DNA from: Octopus bimaculoides
Taxonomy: Eukaryota
Assembly: GCF_001194135.2 (NCBI RefSeq)
Contig: NC_068998.1
Location: 16,504,258 to 16,568,257, forward strand
Direction of reading: 5' to 3'
DNA length: 64,000 nt
The notes beneath the pieces were generated by a model, which was given only the letters and a program-made list of their open reading frames with translations, was not told the origin of the DNA and made no database searches. The position numbers and the translations under genes are program-made. Positions 1 to 13,168 of this stretch are shown piece by piece; the first letter of the stretch is position 1, and each line of letters opens with the position of its first letter.

Positions 1-312
1 CAAGTACAGAAAAGATGACACAGTCTATAAACTTGTCAACAACTTATTTCACAACGAACAGATAAACATTGCAAGAAAATAGTAATTAAAAAAAATAGAA
101 AAATAGAAAGTGGATAATGTTGTTGTTTTATGAAAGACAAACTATTTCAACAGAGAATCAACCGATATATACAAACAAAAACTTAATATACTTGTATCCC
201 AAGTTTTGGTTTTTTAAACTTTTTTTTTGATCAGCGTTTAACTTCTGATTTCTCTTTCTCCATTATTTAGTTTTATATATTTGTTTACTTATTTATTTTA
301 TATTTATTTATT

Positions 313-350
<38 letters not shown>

Positions 351-679
351 CGTGCATGCTGTGTAACAATCAGCTGACTCAGATACCAACAGTGGTATGT
401 GCAGGAGTATGAGAAGGGTAACAGAACAAGGGATATCATAAAATTTTCAGAACAAGCTCATTAATAATAAGTTTAGATCTTTGATAAAAAGGAACTCTTG
501 TAAGAAAATTAATTAGGAATGACACAAATTGATAAAATGAACTTCAGTACAAAAAAATCAACTAGAACTGACAGAAAAAAATTCTGTAGCTTATGGGAAG
601 ATAGAAGGATAGGATTGAGGGCTGGGTCACTGAAAATACTCAATTTCTATGTGAATCTGCTTTCTTAATTGTCGTTGCT

Positions 680-1060
680 TAGTTACCTAAAAATATAAAA
701 AGGGTCGACCCTGACTGAGAAGACCTGTCACCAAAAGCAGATATAGGCAACCAGTGACACTTGTGCCAAATATAACCCTTCCGAGATCGTTGCCAGTGCC
801 CCTGGAATGGCTTTTGTGCGGGTGGCACATAAAAGACACCATTTCGAGCGTGGCCATTGCCAGTACCGCCTGACTGGCCTTCGTGCGGGTGACACGTAAA
901 AGCACCCACTACACTCTCTGAGTGGTTGGCGTTAGGAAGGGCATCCAGCTGTAGAAACTCTGCCAAATTAGATTGGAGCCTGGTGTTGCCATCCGGTTTC
1001 ACCAGTCCTCAGTCAAATCGTCCAACCCATGCTAGCATGGAAAGCGGACGTTAAACGATG
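680..1060 (+). mobile_element. Young retroposon family D with (GAT)n tail; close copies at 18797-19195 (-) and 58700-59042 (-), shorter copies at 32830, 44745, 51418, 52375, 59205
   Basis: Copies are nearly identical over ~300 bp and end CCCATGCTAGCATGGAAAGCGGACGTTAAACGATGATG. ORFs 679-1002, 18903-19211 and 58767-59117 are translations of the same repeat. Confidence 0.85.
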
Positions 1061-1325
1061 AACGATAATAGTTTAAGGGCATACAGTATACAGCTTTCAT
1101 TTTTTAATCTTTTATTTTTTAACCTTTTATTTGTTTCAGTGATTGGACTGCAGCCACGAAGGGCCATCATCCTGAAGGGTTTAGTCAAACAAATCAAAAG
1201 CAGTATTTTTTTTTTTTTTAGTTAGTCTGATATTTATTCCTGGGTCTCTTTTCTGAAACTGCTAAGTTATGGGGACATAAACAAACCAACACCAGATGCC
1301 AAGCTGTGGTAGTGGGACACATCCA

Positions 1326-1490
1326 AGCACACACACACACACACACACGCATACGTGTGTGTGTGTGTGTGTGCATGCATGTGTGTGTGCATGCATGTGT
1401 GTGTGCATGCATGTGTGTGTGCATGCATGTGTGTGTGCATGTGTGTCTGTGTCTCTGTATGTGTGTGTGTGTGTGTGTGCGTGTGTGTAT
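1326..1490. repeat. Compound (CA)n/(TG)n microsatellite with a 16-bp GCATGCATGTGTGTGT unit
   Basis: Direct reading; almost uninterrupted purine-pyrimidine alternation. Confidence 0.95.
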
Positions 1491-1978
1491 GTACCACAGG
1501 CTTCCAAACAGATTTTGTCACCCAAATCCACTCAAAAGGCTTTTACTGGCCGGGGGCAGTAGTAGAAGACACTTGCCCAATGTGCCATGCAGTAGGACTG
1601 AACTCAAAACGATGTGGTTTCAAAGTGAACTTCTTAACCACACAGCCATGCCCACATAATTTTTTTTTTCCCCATTTCTCAGGTGAAAAGACAGTAGCCA
1701 TGATCCTCTATAAGTCATCCCTGAATGATGGACAAAACAAAAGTATCCTCACACTAGAAGCCTGACCTGAATGCAAACAACAGAATGTGTTCCATTAAAA
1801 GCAACGCAGGCATCAGGCAGTTGTGTCAGACCAAATGATGGATTAAGTAGGCCAAGACAGAATTTGAACATGAAAACAAGAAAGAGCTGGAACAGATATT
1901 ACATAACATCTTGCTCATCCAAACCTCTAAGAGCTGTGTTAATCCACTGTGCTAGATTGGAGGCAGTGGTGGGGGGGA

Positions 1979-2016
<38 letters not shown>

Positions 2017-2289
2017 ACAGGTTTCTTTCTTCTGCCAAATCCACTCACAAGGCTTTGGTTGGCCAGAGGCTACAGCAAAAAAAAAAAACACCTGCCCAAG
2101 GTGCCATGCAGGGGGACCGAACTTGGAACCATGTGGCTGAGAAGCAAGCTTCTTACCACACAACCATGCCTGTGTCTACACAGAATATCATTCAAAAGTA
2201 TTGAGTAGAAGAAAGACTTGTGTAAAAAATCAAAAGAAATCTCAATTGAAGGAATTCAGTATCTTATATATGTACTTATTAGTATACAT

Positions 2290-2835
2290 GTGGAGGCGCA
2301 ATGGCCCAGTGGTTAGGGCAGTGGACTTGCGGTCATAAGATCGCGGTTTTGATTCCCAGACCAGGTGTTGTGAGTGTTTATTGAGCAAAAACACCTAAAG
2401 CTCCACGAGGCTCCGGCAGGGGATGGTGGCGAACCCTGCTGTACTCTTTCACCACAACTTTCTCTCACTCTTACTTCCTCTTTCTTTTGTGCCTGTAATT
2501 CAAAGGGCCCGCCTTGTCACACTGTGTCACGCTGAATATCCCCGAGAACTGCATTAAGGGTACACGTGTCTGTGGAGTGCTCAGTCACTNNNNNNNNNNT
2601 GCTGTACTCTTTCACCACAACTTTCTCTCACTCTTACTTCCTCTTTCTTTTGTGCCTGTAATTCAAAGGGCCCGCCTTGTCACACTGTGTCACGCTGAAT
2701 ATCCCCGAGAACTGCATTAAGGGTACACGTGTCTGTGGAGTGCTCAGTCACTTGCCCGTTAATTTCACGAGCAGGCTGTTCCATTGATCGGATCAACTGG
2801 AACCCTCGATGTCGTAAGCGACAGAGTGCCAACAA
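2290..2835 (+). mobile_element. tRNA-derived SINE family A (also 10790-11176 -, 30755-31050 +, 62740-62892 -; same head with a different tail at 29577-29915 + and 56465-56790 -)
   Basis: Pol III A box TGGCCCAGTGGTTAG and B box GGTTTTGATTCC, shared body, (CAA)n tail. Confidence 0.85.
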
Positions 2836-2856
2836 AAAAGTATACATGACTCTTAC

Positions 2857-2890
2857 CTTGAGCAGATATTAATGGAAACAGTAACAAAAC
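2857..2890 (-). CDS. Candidate 34-nt internal exon of an unidentified minus-strand gene (VLLLFPLISAQ+G in phase 0, or G-FVTVSINICS-R in phase 1)
   Basis: Minus strand reads TGTATTCCTTTCTTTTACAG|GTTTTG...GCTCAAG|GTAAGA, near-consensus acceptor and donor in unique sequence. Protein not recognised. Confidence 0.5.
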
Positions 2891-3254
2891 CTGTAAAAGA
2901 AAGGAATACACACATAAATTATAAAAGAAAAAAAAAGATTAGGCATTTAAAGATTTAAAACATTAAATGTTGATCTTCTCCGATTCTGTTTACCAATCTA
3001 AGGCTGATGGTATATAACTAATCTATTCTCTTTATCATGTCAGATATAGAAAATAACATTTGGTACCGGTTTTGGTAGTTATTTTAGTTGCGTTTTTTAG
3101 TTTTGCTTTGGTAATTACACTGTGTAACACGATTTTTGTCCAGTTCAGAGTAAGTGTTGTAATCTCATCTCTTATATGATATGCTATGCCATGGAAACCA
3201 GGTTAAGGTCCAGTTTTATGAGCCCTAGGGTTTATGACAGACTTCTTTGCCTCC

Positions 3255-3257
3255 ATC

Positions 3258-3307
<50 letters not shown>

Positions 3308-3317
3308 CCTCTCTCTA

Positions 3318-3366
<49 letters not shown>

Positions 3367-3370
3367 CACA
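3255..3370. repeat. (CT)n(CTAT)n compound microsatellite
   Basis: Direct reading. Confidence 0.95.
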
Positions 3371-3696
3371 TGCTCTCTCTTGCTCTCTGTTCTAAACAAA
3401 TGGAGACAACATAGAACAGAGACAATTCCTTAGTCTTTCTAGAAACAAAAGAATTCAAATCCTGCCAAAATCAACTTTGCCTTTTGTCCTTCTTCTGGGG
3501 ATCAATAAAACAAATACAAGTCAAAAATCAGGGTCAATTTATTCAACACACACACACACACACACACACACAATATCTGGCATAGTGCATATATTAGGAA
3601 CAAAAAAATCTAGCAAATGCTTTGTGTCGTCACTAAGATATAACAGTACCCTGCTTAAAAAAACACTTATCTACATTTTTTCTTCTGTTGTTTCAG

Positions 3697-3837
3697 ATAA
3701 ATTGCAAATATGATCAGCTGCTTAAGGAATTAGCTGCAGAAGATGTAGTTCCAGTTTCAAGATTTGATCCAGTTGTGTGGAATGTTGTGCAAATGCCATT
3801 AATGAAAATCTCAAGTAAACCCAACCCTTGCCAATAA
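3697..3837 (+). CDS. Candidate terminal exon of an upstream + strand gene (INCKYDQLLKELAAEDVVPVSRFDPVVWNVVQMPLMKISSKPNPCQ*)
   Basis: Acceptor TTTTTCTTCTGTTGTTTCAG, 46 open codons in phase 0 with protein-like composition, stop TAA overlapping AATAAA. No partner exon found; protein not recognised. Confidence 0.3.
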   Translation: MNCKYDQLLKELAAEDVVPVSRFDPVVWNVVQMPLMKISSKPNPCQ

Positions 3838-4451
3838 AATTGTGTAAATTATGAAATTTGTGCAAAGGCATATTGTATGGACAGTATCTATACAAATAAG
3901 TCCATAACTATTGTTAATATTTACTTTGTTACCTAGTTTAAGCCATTAGCATTCAGATTACTCTCTCAAATATAATGCTTATCTATTCACATCGTTTTGG
4001 ATTAACCATGCATTATCTCATGACTTTGATAATTTGATGATGTGATTGTTTATTTTTATAACGACATTGTAGGATATGTGTGAGAAGCCAGATCTAGTCA
4101 GTGTGAACATAAAACAGAATATTTGAGCTGGATGTGGCTGGTTTAAATGCTAAAAGGTTAACTCTATCACCTAGCCCTTGATCCTGTTACAAGCTCTTTC
4201 AGTTAAATTCTCTGGTCTAAGGAAAATTTTCCTCCCAGGGTGATGGTCACCCTGGAAGCCAGAAAAAAATTTGTAAAAAAAAACATAAAATAGAAATAAC
4301 CATGACTGTGTGGTAAGAAGCTGGCTTCCCAACTACATGGTTCTGGGTTCAGCCCCACTATGTGGCACCTTGGGCAAGTGTTGTCTACTATAGCCTCAAG
4401 CCAACTAAAGTCTAGTGAGTGGATTTGGCAGATGGAAACTGAAAGAAGCCC

Positions 4452-4506
<55 letters not shown>

Positions 4507-5739
4507 GTATATATATGTATATGTATGTATGTATATGTATATTTCTATGTATGTGTGTTTTTGTGTATGTGTTTGTCCCCCACCACCACCACTTGACAAC
4601 CAGTGTTGGTGTGTTTACATCCCAGTAAATCAGCAATTCAATAAGAGAGTTCAATAAAATAAGTACCAGGCTTTAAAAGAAAAAATGAAAACAGGCCTAG
4701 GGTCAATTTGTATGACTCAAACCCTTCAAGGTGGTGCCCTTGTATGGCCACAGTTAAATCACTGAAACAATTAAAAGATAAAAATATATCTGTTATGAGT
4801 ATAAACCAGAGGACAAGTGAGAAAATGAGAGAAGGCCAGGTAACTCCAGCTTCAGGTATAAAGGCGCACAACATTTCCTCCGGATCTATCAAACCTGTCT
4901 AGGTGGGAACACCAGAAGGGATTTTACAACCCAACCCCAGGCACTGGAAACTTTTACTATGCTACTAATTTAAAGAAGATTAAGAAATAATTACAATGTG
5001 TAACACAATTTTTGTCCTTGAGTAGCAACTCTTATTTCCTATTTGCTTGTCTCTAGAAGGTATGAAAAATGGCTAATATTTCCTTCAAACTTTGCTTTTG
5101 TTATGATATTTATTCAAATCCAAAAGAATTCCTCTCAACACATCACTATGATGCTCCCCAACTGCTCCTGCTCATGATCAGAGAAGCATATATTGTCAGC
5201 CACTAAGGGACATGCTCAAGTGTTTATGGTCAAGCAACTTACAAACAAATTTGTGGTATTGAGCAGAATATTTGCTTTAACAATATTTTTGCTTCAGCAA
5301 CTCAGCACTGAATCTGTCTGAAATATAATGGAAAATAAGTCAGTTTCAAAGCAGGTCACAAAAGCAAAGTCTGAAGGTAACAGAAGTCATTTCCTTTGAT
5401 TTCTAGATAGAAGCAAATAGGGAGTAACAAAAATAATTGTTACAGTGTCAACTGTACAATAATTGCAGTAATTACCTGTAAAAGTATACATTGGAGTAAA
5501 TTATCCCACACTTTTTCTACCATGTTGAGTGCTCAGTGAGTTGATGTTATGTGTTCCAGTAGTTAAAGGTACAATCCCTTTGAGAAGGTGTACAGATCCT
5601 TAAATTTTAGGGTTCCTTAAAGAAAGGTGCAATACTCAATTCTTTAAAAGAGGGTGTTGACTTCTCTAGCTACACTGTGTTGTTAAAGTGATGTCCAGTA
5701 GAGATGATACATTAGACTACTGCAATAACTGCACTGTGT

Positions 5740-6095
5740 TTAGTGGTGGTGGTGGCGGTGGCAGTGGCAGTAGAGGTAGTGGTGGTATTGGTAGTGGTGC
5801 TGGTGCTATTGCTGATGCTAGTGTTGGCAGCAACGGTGGCAGTTGTGGCTGTGGTAGTAGTGTAGGTGGTGGTGCTGGTGCTGGTGGTGCTGGTGGTGCT
5901 GGTGGTGCTGGNNNNNNNNNNNNNNNNNNNNNNNNNNNNNNNNNNNNNNNNNNNNNNNNNNNNNNNNNNNNNNNNNNNNNNNNNNNNNNNNNNNNNNNNN
6001 NNNNNNNNNNNNNNNNNNNNNNNNNNNNNNNNNNNNNNNNNNNNNNNNNNNNNNNNNNNNNNNNNNNNNNNNNNNNNNNNNNNNNNNNNNNNNNN

Positions 6096-6149
<54 letters not shown>

Positions 6150-6325
6150 ATGTGTCTGTAAGATTTGCCCCCTTAATTTGGAACAAACAGGTAGAAGCGG
6201 TTCATGGCAGCGCCATACTGAAGAGGTAATCAAGTAGATTGGTGATGTGACCAAGTGGAACACTTAACACACCTTTGTTATTACAAGAATAATAATAACA
6301 ATACTACTACTACTACTACTACTAC

Positions 6326-6378
<53 letters not shown>

Positions 6379-6770
6379 TTAGAAGAGAGCAATGATGATT
6401 TTTTTTACTTTAAAAAATATATAGATTTGTTTGAAGATATTTTTGGAGAAGTCGAAAATCCTTGTGAAAAACCCATTTATATGGCTGGTAGACACGTTCA
6501 GGTAACACAGTCTGGTATTATAAGCAAATATTTGGAAGTTATGTAGCACAGAGATGATTTAGGTGTTATTGCCACTGTCACATCCCTTTGTTTGTCATCT
6601 AACACAAACTTCAGTTCCATTACGCCCACCATTGCCATGAACTCCAACACCTCCAACCACACTGACTCAGCAAACAAGCACCAATATCATCATCATCATC
6701 ATCGTCATCATCATCATCACCACCACCACCACCCACATTAACCTTCTTCCTCTTCTCCCTCATCATTATT

Positions 6771-6810
<40 letters not shown>

Positions 6811-7016
6811 CTACCACCACCACCACCACCACCATCACCACCATTACCACTACCGCTATCACCTCAACCACCACCACTATCTGTATTATCATCATCATCA
6901 TCATCACGACTACCTTGTAACTATCACCACCACCATCATAATCACAATCACCCCATTGCCACTAACATCACCACCACCACCACCACTACCACCATCATCA
7001 TCATCATCATCATCAT

Positions 7017-7062
<46 letters not shown>

Positions 7063-7110
7063 GTCACCTTCACTACAACACCATCACTACAACTACCACC
7101 AACAATACCA
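5740..7110. repeat. Low-complexity cluster: (GGT/GCT)n, N gap, (GT)n, (TAC)n(TAA)n, (CAT/CAC)n
   Basis: Direct reading; explains the poly-G/A, poly-HT and poly-M/V ORFs. Confidence 0.95.
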
Positions 7111-7626
7111 GAGACGTTTTTTGAAGCATTTATGCCACTCAAAACATAGCATATGACCCGTTGCCTTATCACCATAAGCTTGTCAGAGCATGCTCAATAT
7201 CTCTGGAGCAGACTTCCCAAGTTTAACACAAAATTTCACACTGCTTCTGTGTTTCTATCCATGACAAAATTGCAGACTACAGCATACGTGTGATCACAAA
7301 AACACAAATTTCACAACTTGTATGTATGCAGGTATGTACATATGTATATGTGCATGTGTGTGTATGTGTATGTGTGTGTGTGTGCGTGCGTGCATGTGTG
7401 TGTGTGTAAGTACACTTGTCTCAGCATCCTGTAATACAGCATCATACAAATGATGTTCATTTCCAGTCTTCCATGAAAAATATATCTGGTCAGGGAAAAT
7501 ATTACATTGCTTGGAAACAAGTGAGGGTTAGCAACAGGAAGGTCATCCAACTGTGAAAATTTTACCTCAGCAAATTCTGTCTGACCCATACAAGCATGGA
7601 AAAGTGGACATTAAACAACAATGACA

Positions 7627-7661
<35 letters not shown>

Positions 7662-7723
7662 TTACAAAAAGCAACTTAAATGAGGACAAAAGACTTATTG
7701 ATACCCTATTTTAGCACCACCAC

Positions 7724-7761
<38 letters not shown>

Positions 7762-7777
7762 AAATGTCTTATCTAAC

Positions 7778-7851
7778 AAGATGTTCTATTAGAAATAGTG
7801 CACTCAAGTCACCCAGATCAGAAGTGATCGCAAAGGTCTGGTCTATTTCAT
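7778..7851 (-). CDS. Candidate exon of the same minus-strand gene (xEIDQTFAITSDLGDLSALFLIEHL)
   Basis: Strong acceptor TGATTTTTCTTTCAG; only one frame open; donor either GTTAGA (exon end 7778) or GTGACT (exon end 7813). Both choices are phase-compatible with the 2857-2890 exon. Confidence 0.3.
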
Positions 7852-9273
7852 CTGAAAGAAAAATCACCCGATTATGCTACTTCCTCTAAAGCAAGTACAA
7901 AAATATGTAATTTTAATAACTGTGATATCAACACCAATAATGAATTGATTAAGGAAAGTCACACTATGGGAAAGACATTATTGCTAGTCATCCAGCACGA
8001 AACTTAAGAAGTTGACTAGTCAAACAGCAATTAAAATTCAAGGAAGAAATCATAACTAATGATGGTAATATCAATTTAATTAGATTGTACTGAAATAACA
8101 GGTATAAAGAAAATTCTGTTATGGATGTTATGGTTCAAGATCTCATATTTTTTAGTCCTCAATGACCAGAAAAACAGGACATTTGCTGTTCATCTTTTAT
8201 CTTTTATCTTTCGCTTGTTTCAGTCATTAGACTGCGACCATGCTGGAGCACCACCTTGTAGAATTTTTAGGCAAATGAGCCAATCCCAGTACTTCCTTTT
8301 TTTTTTTTTCTTTTCTGTTAATCCTGCTATTTATTCTGAGGGATAAAAATCTTTCACAAGCACATAGAAACCAAAGAAATCACAATTTTATAACTTTGAT
8401 AATGCTTTCATCCATGCCAATTTGTATATCATCATCATCATCATCATCATCATCGTCATCATCATCTAACATCCATTCTTTTTTAATGCTTGCATGGCTC
8501 AGACAGAATTTGTTGAGGCAGATGTTCTGCAGCTGGATGTTCTTCCCGTCAACAACTCTCACTTATTTCCAAGCAAGGTAATATTTCTCCATGACCAAAC
8601 ATGTTTTTTATGGAAGACTGGAAACGAACAATATCTCTTGTATGACAGTGATGCTCATTTACAACTGTGACATGCTGTTAAGATAAGGGTGCCACTCCAA
8701 AATGCTGAGGTAGATGGTAGCAAGTGCCAGGGTATACCCTCAAAGTATGGAGGTCATAATATAAGTGGCAGAGCATTGCCAAAGAAGCGTGAGTAGAGAG
8801 TGGGATGGGAAATACAGTGACTGGTGAAAAAGGCAAAGTTGTTGAAACCTGTAAAGGATGTTAGTGCTTAAGACAATAGTAAAATCTAATGCACAGATTG
8901 TCTGAAGTTGCTGTAATGTCTCATGTTTCATTGACCCTAAAAATAGTTCTTAGACATCATTCCTAATGCAAGCTGCTTAGCTGATAAAGAGCTTATCTGT
9001 CACATAAATGACGTAAATGACATCTAAGGTTTCTGTTTGTTTACCATACTGATCAATACATGAAAGTCAGAAAATCATTACTCTTTTACTTGTTTCAGTC
9101 ATTTGACTGCGGCCATGCTGGAGCACCACCTTTAGTCAAGCAAATCGACCCCAGGACTTATTCTTTGTAAGCCTAGTACTTATTCTATCAGTCTCTTTTG
9201 CCGAACTGCTAAGTTACGGGGACATAAACACACCACCATCGGTTGTCAAGCGATGTTGGGGGGACAAACATAT

Positions 9274-9304
<31 letters not shown>

Positions 9305-12300
9305 CATATATATGACAGGCTTCTTTCAGTTTTCATCTACCAAATCCACTCACAAGGCTTTGGTCGGCCTGAGGCTATAGTAGAAGACACTTGCCCAAGA
9401 TGCCATGCAATGGGAATGAACCCAGAACCATGTGGTTGGTAAGCAAGCCACTCCTACTTACCACTCATTGCACAAAGAATTTTAATAACTTTGTTATTAA
9501 CCTCGTTATTAAAATTATTCGTCCACAAACAGTGAACTGACAGAATCCTTAGTGAATCAGAAGAATGCTTTGTGGTATTTCTTCTGGCTCTTTACATTCT
9601 GAGTTCAATCCCTGCCAAAGTCAACTTTGCATTTCATGCTTTCGGGGGGATGATAAAATAATGTAGCAATCAAGTACTTGGGCTCATGTAATTGACTTAC
9701 TTCCTCCCTTCAAAACTGCTGGCCTTGTCCCAAATTTAGAAAGAATTGAAAGGATTCTTTACACTGACAGTTGGAAGGAGGAAGAAAACAACAAGAATGA
9801 GTGCTCAACACCATATTGGTGGATAAAATTTCTTTATTTGTGCATTAAGACTACCATTGGTTTCATGTAAAGAGAAATATCTTGATATCTTAATTTTTCA
9901 AGCTGACCACATGGAGGCATGGTGTTCATCTCCATTTTGGATGAAAGCACAAAATATATTTAAAACATTTTGGATGAAAACACAATATATATTTAAAACA
10001 TTTATTTATATATATATGCAACACATAGTAAATTCTTGGCCATCTAGACACCTCTGTATGGAATTACTTGTTCTGCATACTTAGAAAATATAACTTTCAA
10101 CAGGACACCCAAACTGTGCATGCTTCACTCACATTTCAGAAAAACTATGGTGAATCTACAAGTAATCAAGGAAAGCTCTACTATGTCAGAAACTTCCAAA
10201 ATGGAAGCCCTTTTTATAATAAAGAGAAATGTGACATAACTGCATCAAACTCATGAAGAGCAGAGGCATGTCCATTACTTTAATCTTCTGTATGCATTTA
10301 TATGGCCACATGCAAAAAGTTAAGTCCAGATTTCCAAAATATTCTTAATAAATAATGAAGGGAAATAGAGTTATTAAACATAATTGTCAGAGAAGTAGAG
10401 TTGTTAAAAGTCAGGGAAATAGAGTTGTTAAACATAATTGGCATTGTGCCAAAATTTAAAACATCTATTAGTGAAACAACGGATCTTAAAAACTTCTGAG
10501 AAGATAATCTTCATATAAAAGTTGTGATGGGTGTGAGGAAAACAAGTAGATGCATTTGGTCTAATTATAGCATTCATCAACAAGCGCTACACCTTAGATA
10601 GGTAGACTTGTTGCATGAATGACTAATTGTGTTTTTCAAATCCACATATCAAATGTAAATGAAGAAATGTCATTTACTCTATTATATGCCAATAGGAATT
10701 GTATGCCAGCCTGATCAATTTGATTCAACAAGCATTGGATCCAAATACACAGGAAAGAAAACTATATTTATATTTCACTAACATGCATTGTTGTTGTTGG
10801 CACTCCGTCGCTTACGACATTGAGGGTTCCAGTTGATCCGATCAACGGAACAGCCTGCTCATGAAATTAACGTGCAAGTGGCTGAGCACTCCACAGACAC
10901 GTGTACCCTTAACGTAGTTCACGGGGATATTCAGCGTGACACAGTGTGACAAGGCTGACCCTTTGAATTACAGGCACAACAGAAACAGGAAGTAAGAGTG
11001 AGAGAAAGTTGTGGTGAAAGAGTACAGCAGGGTTCGCCACCATCCCCTGCCAAAGCCTTGTGGAGCCTTAGATGTTTTCGCTCAATAAACATTCACAATG
11101 CCCGGTCTGGGAATCGAAACCACGATCCTATGACCGTGAGTCTGCTGCCCTAACCACTGGGCCATTGTGCCTCCACTCTAACATGCATTAACCCTATAGC
11201 ATTCAGAATACTCTGTCAAATGTAATGCTTATTTATTCACACTGTTTTGAATTAATCATGTAATATCTTGTAACTTTGAGATTTTGATGACATGACATTT
11301 TATCTTTAGAATGATATTGTATAGTAGATATGAGAAGCTAGATCTGACCAGTTTGAACCTAAAACAGGTAGAATATTTTGGCCAGATATGGCTGGTTTAA
11401 ATGCTAAAGAGTTAAACAATAGATTTGATAGTACTTTAACCGGTTTACATACGAGACTATGTGTACAAATATCATTAAGTTTGCAAATATCACTCCCTAG
11501 AACAGTTGCATGTCTCATATAAAAAAAAAATACAGTCATGAATGAAATCTTTTTAATCTTGAGTATGCTCTGTCAGGACTGACCAATGATGAAAAAAGAT
11601 TAAACAACAACTACCTGAAGCTAATGGTGGAGACCTCTGGGTGATCAGATGAACTACTAGGAATAACAACCAATACTACATCAAATTATAACTTGCTGTC
11701 TTGAAAAAGAGAAGGACACATTGGATAATGTGATCCTAAATAAACTACATCTGAAACAAAAACAAAAAAAAAAGGAATATGTCAATCACATTTGAGATGG
11801 GGGGAGGCCTTTCCTGATAGTTCTGCTAAATAAGAGCTGACTGAGACTAATCAACAACATCAAAAGCAATAAGGCCTAAATTATTAAGTGCCGTCAATAA
11901 ATAAAGTCGTACTAGTTGATATTAAGGACGCTGTTTGGTTATTCAGTGTGTGAATGTGTGACATAAATATCCAAATAGGAAACATGATGATTACAGAATA
12001 ACAACAACTGGCTAACTTTGTTTCGCTTGATTAACAACAAATTTTAAAACTATATTAAAAAAAAAACCCACTGGGAATAATAATATGAATGTGTGGAGGG
12101 GTGTAACTATGAGAATGTGTGCACCATATCATCATCATCATCATCATCATTATCATCATCATCATCATTATTAACATTTAACATCCATCTTCTATGCTAG
12201 CATAGTCAGATAGTTCAACAGGAGCTGGCAAGTTAGAGGACTGTGCCAAGCTCCTATATCTGCTTTGGCATGGTTTCTACAGCTGGTTGCCCTTCCTAAT

Positions 12301-12438
12301 GTTAACCACTATACAGAGAGTATTGAGTGCTATTTTACATAACACTGGCACCATTGATGCAACTAAGTAACTCACAAGATAAGAATTTGGTTATCAAAGA
12401 TTGAATCCACGCCATGCTGCAACTACACACACACACAT

Positions 12439-13168
12439 ATATATGTAGTGGATCTTGCAGGCGAAATGTAGATTCGATCCTAAATAGCCAAATTTAAATT
12501 AACGTTTCAACAGCACTTTTCTCACGAGGGAAAACAATAGCTTTTCTGTAACAGCAGTTTACATTTGCTAGATGCCTTAGCTAAGCAAAATAATGTCTTC
12601 GTCACTTGACCCTTCTAAACTCTTCTATTTCACCAAAATCTAGAATTAAGATAACAAGAACCCCCAAGCAAAAGTCAGTTAGTGACAACTCGAGTTAGTA
12701 AAAACCTGAGTTAGGCAAAGCGACCATCCGTTAGTGAATGGACAGCTAGTTAGGCCCACAAGCAGGCAGCTAATATAGACAAATGGTCAGAGGGAGAAAG
12801 AAGTTTACAGTCAGCAACTATGGGACAACTTTCTAGGACTCTACAACTTTTACTAGCTCAATTTCTTTTCCCTAACAACATCATTCTATCTCTATCTGTG
12901 GATTACTACTAAGAGAACGTGTACACAAACTATACAAGGAAAATCTACAACATCTATCTATACTTCGCATGCTTTTCTATTTACTAATTATACATACCAA
13001 GCCGTTGTGGTTTGGGATTTTTTTTACTATATAAAGGTAAATAAATATTTTCTTCACAACTTCAATCACTGTTCTTTCATCTTTACATAATGGCAATCAA
13101 CGAAGAATCAATCCTTACAAACTGATTACGACTCCGACGTTCCATACTATTGTTTACAAATTAATTTC
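12439..13168. repeat. Left arm of a ~730-bp inverted duplication (partner 18000-18743)
   Basis: 13109-13168 is the exact 60/60 reverse complement of 18000-18059; similarity continues with substitutions and indels to the anchor 12439-12462 / 18720-18743. Confidence 0.95.
13119..13145 (-). CDS. Candidate first coding exon segment of a gene divergent from GOT1 (MERRSRNQF | GTAAGG)
   Basis: ATG in strong context (AGTATGG), CpG-rich, followed after 9 codons by a GTAAGG donor, at the left edge of the CpG-rich promoter zone. Could be a uORF or chance. Confidence 0.3.

Noticed and set aside
679-1002. Three similar ORFs (679, 18903, 58767) suggesting a small gene family
   Set aside because: They are copies of one retroposon; frames break at different places and there is no exon structure.
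2290-2365. tRNA-like sequence with A and B boxes (also 29577, 30755 and others)
   Set aside because: No complete cloverleaf or acceptor stem; continues into a SINE body found many times.
2437-2752. Identical 153-bp tandem duplication inside a SINE
   Set aside because: The two copies are separated by a 10-N scaffold gap; typical unmerged contig overlap, not biology.
1218-7889. ORFs rich in HT/CV/YI/M/G repeats (e.g. 1218-1765, 4360-4657, 5688-6263, 6620-7175)
   Set aside because: They are translations of (CA)n, (TA)n, (CAT)n and (GGT)n microsatellites, open in several frames and on both strands.
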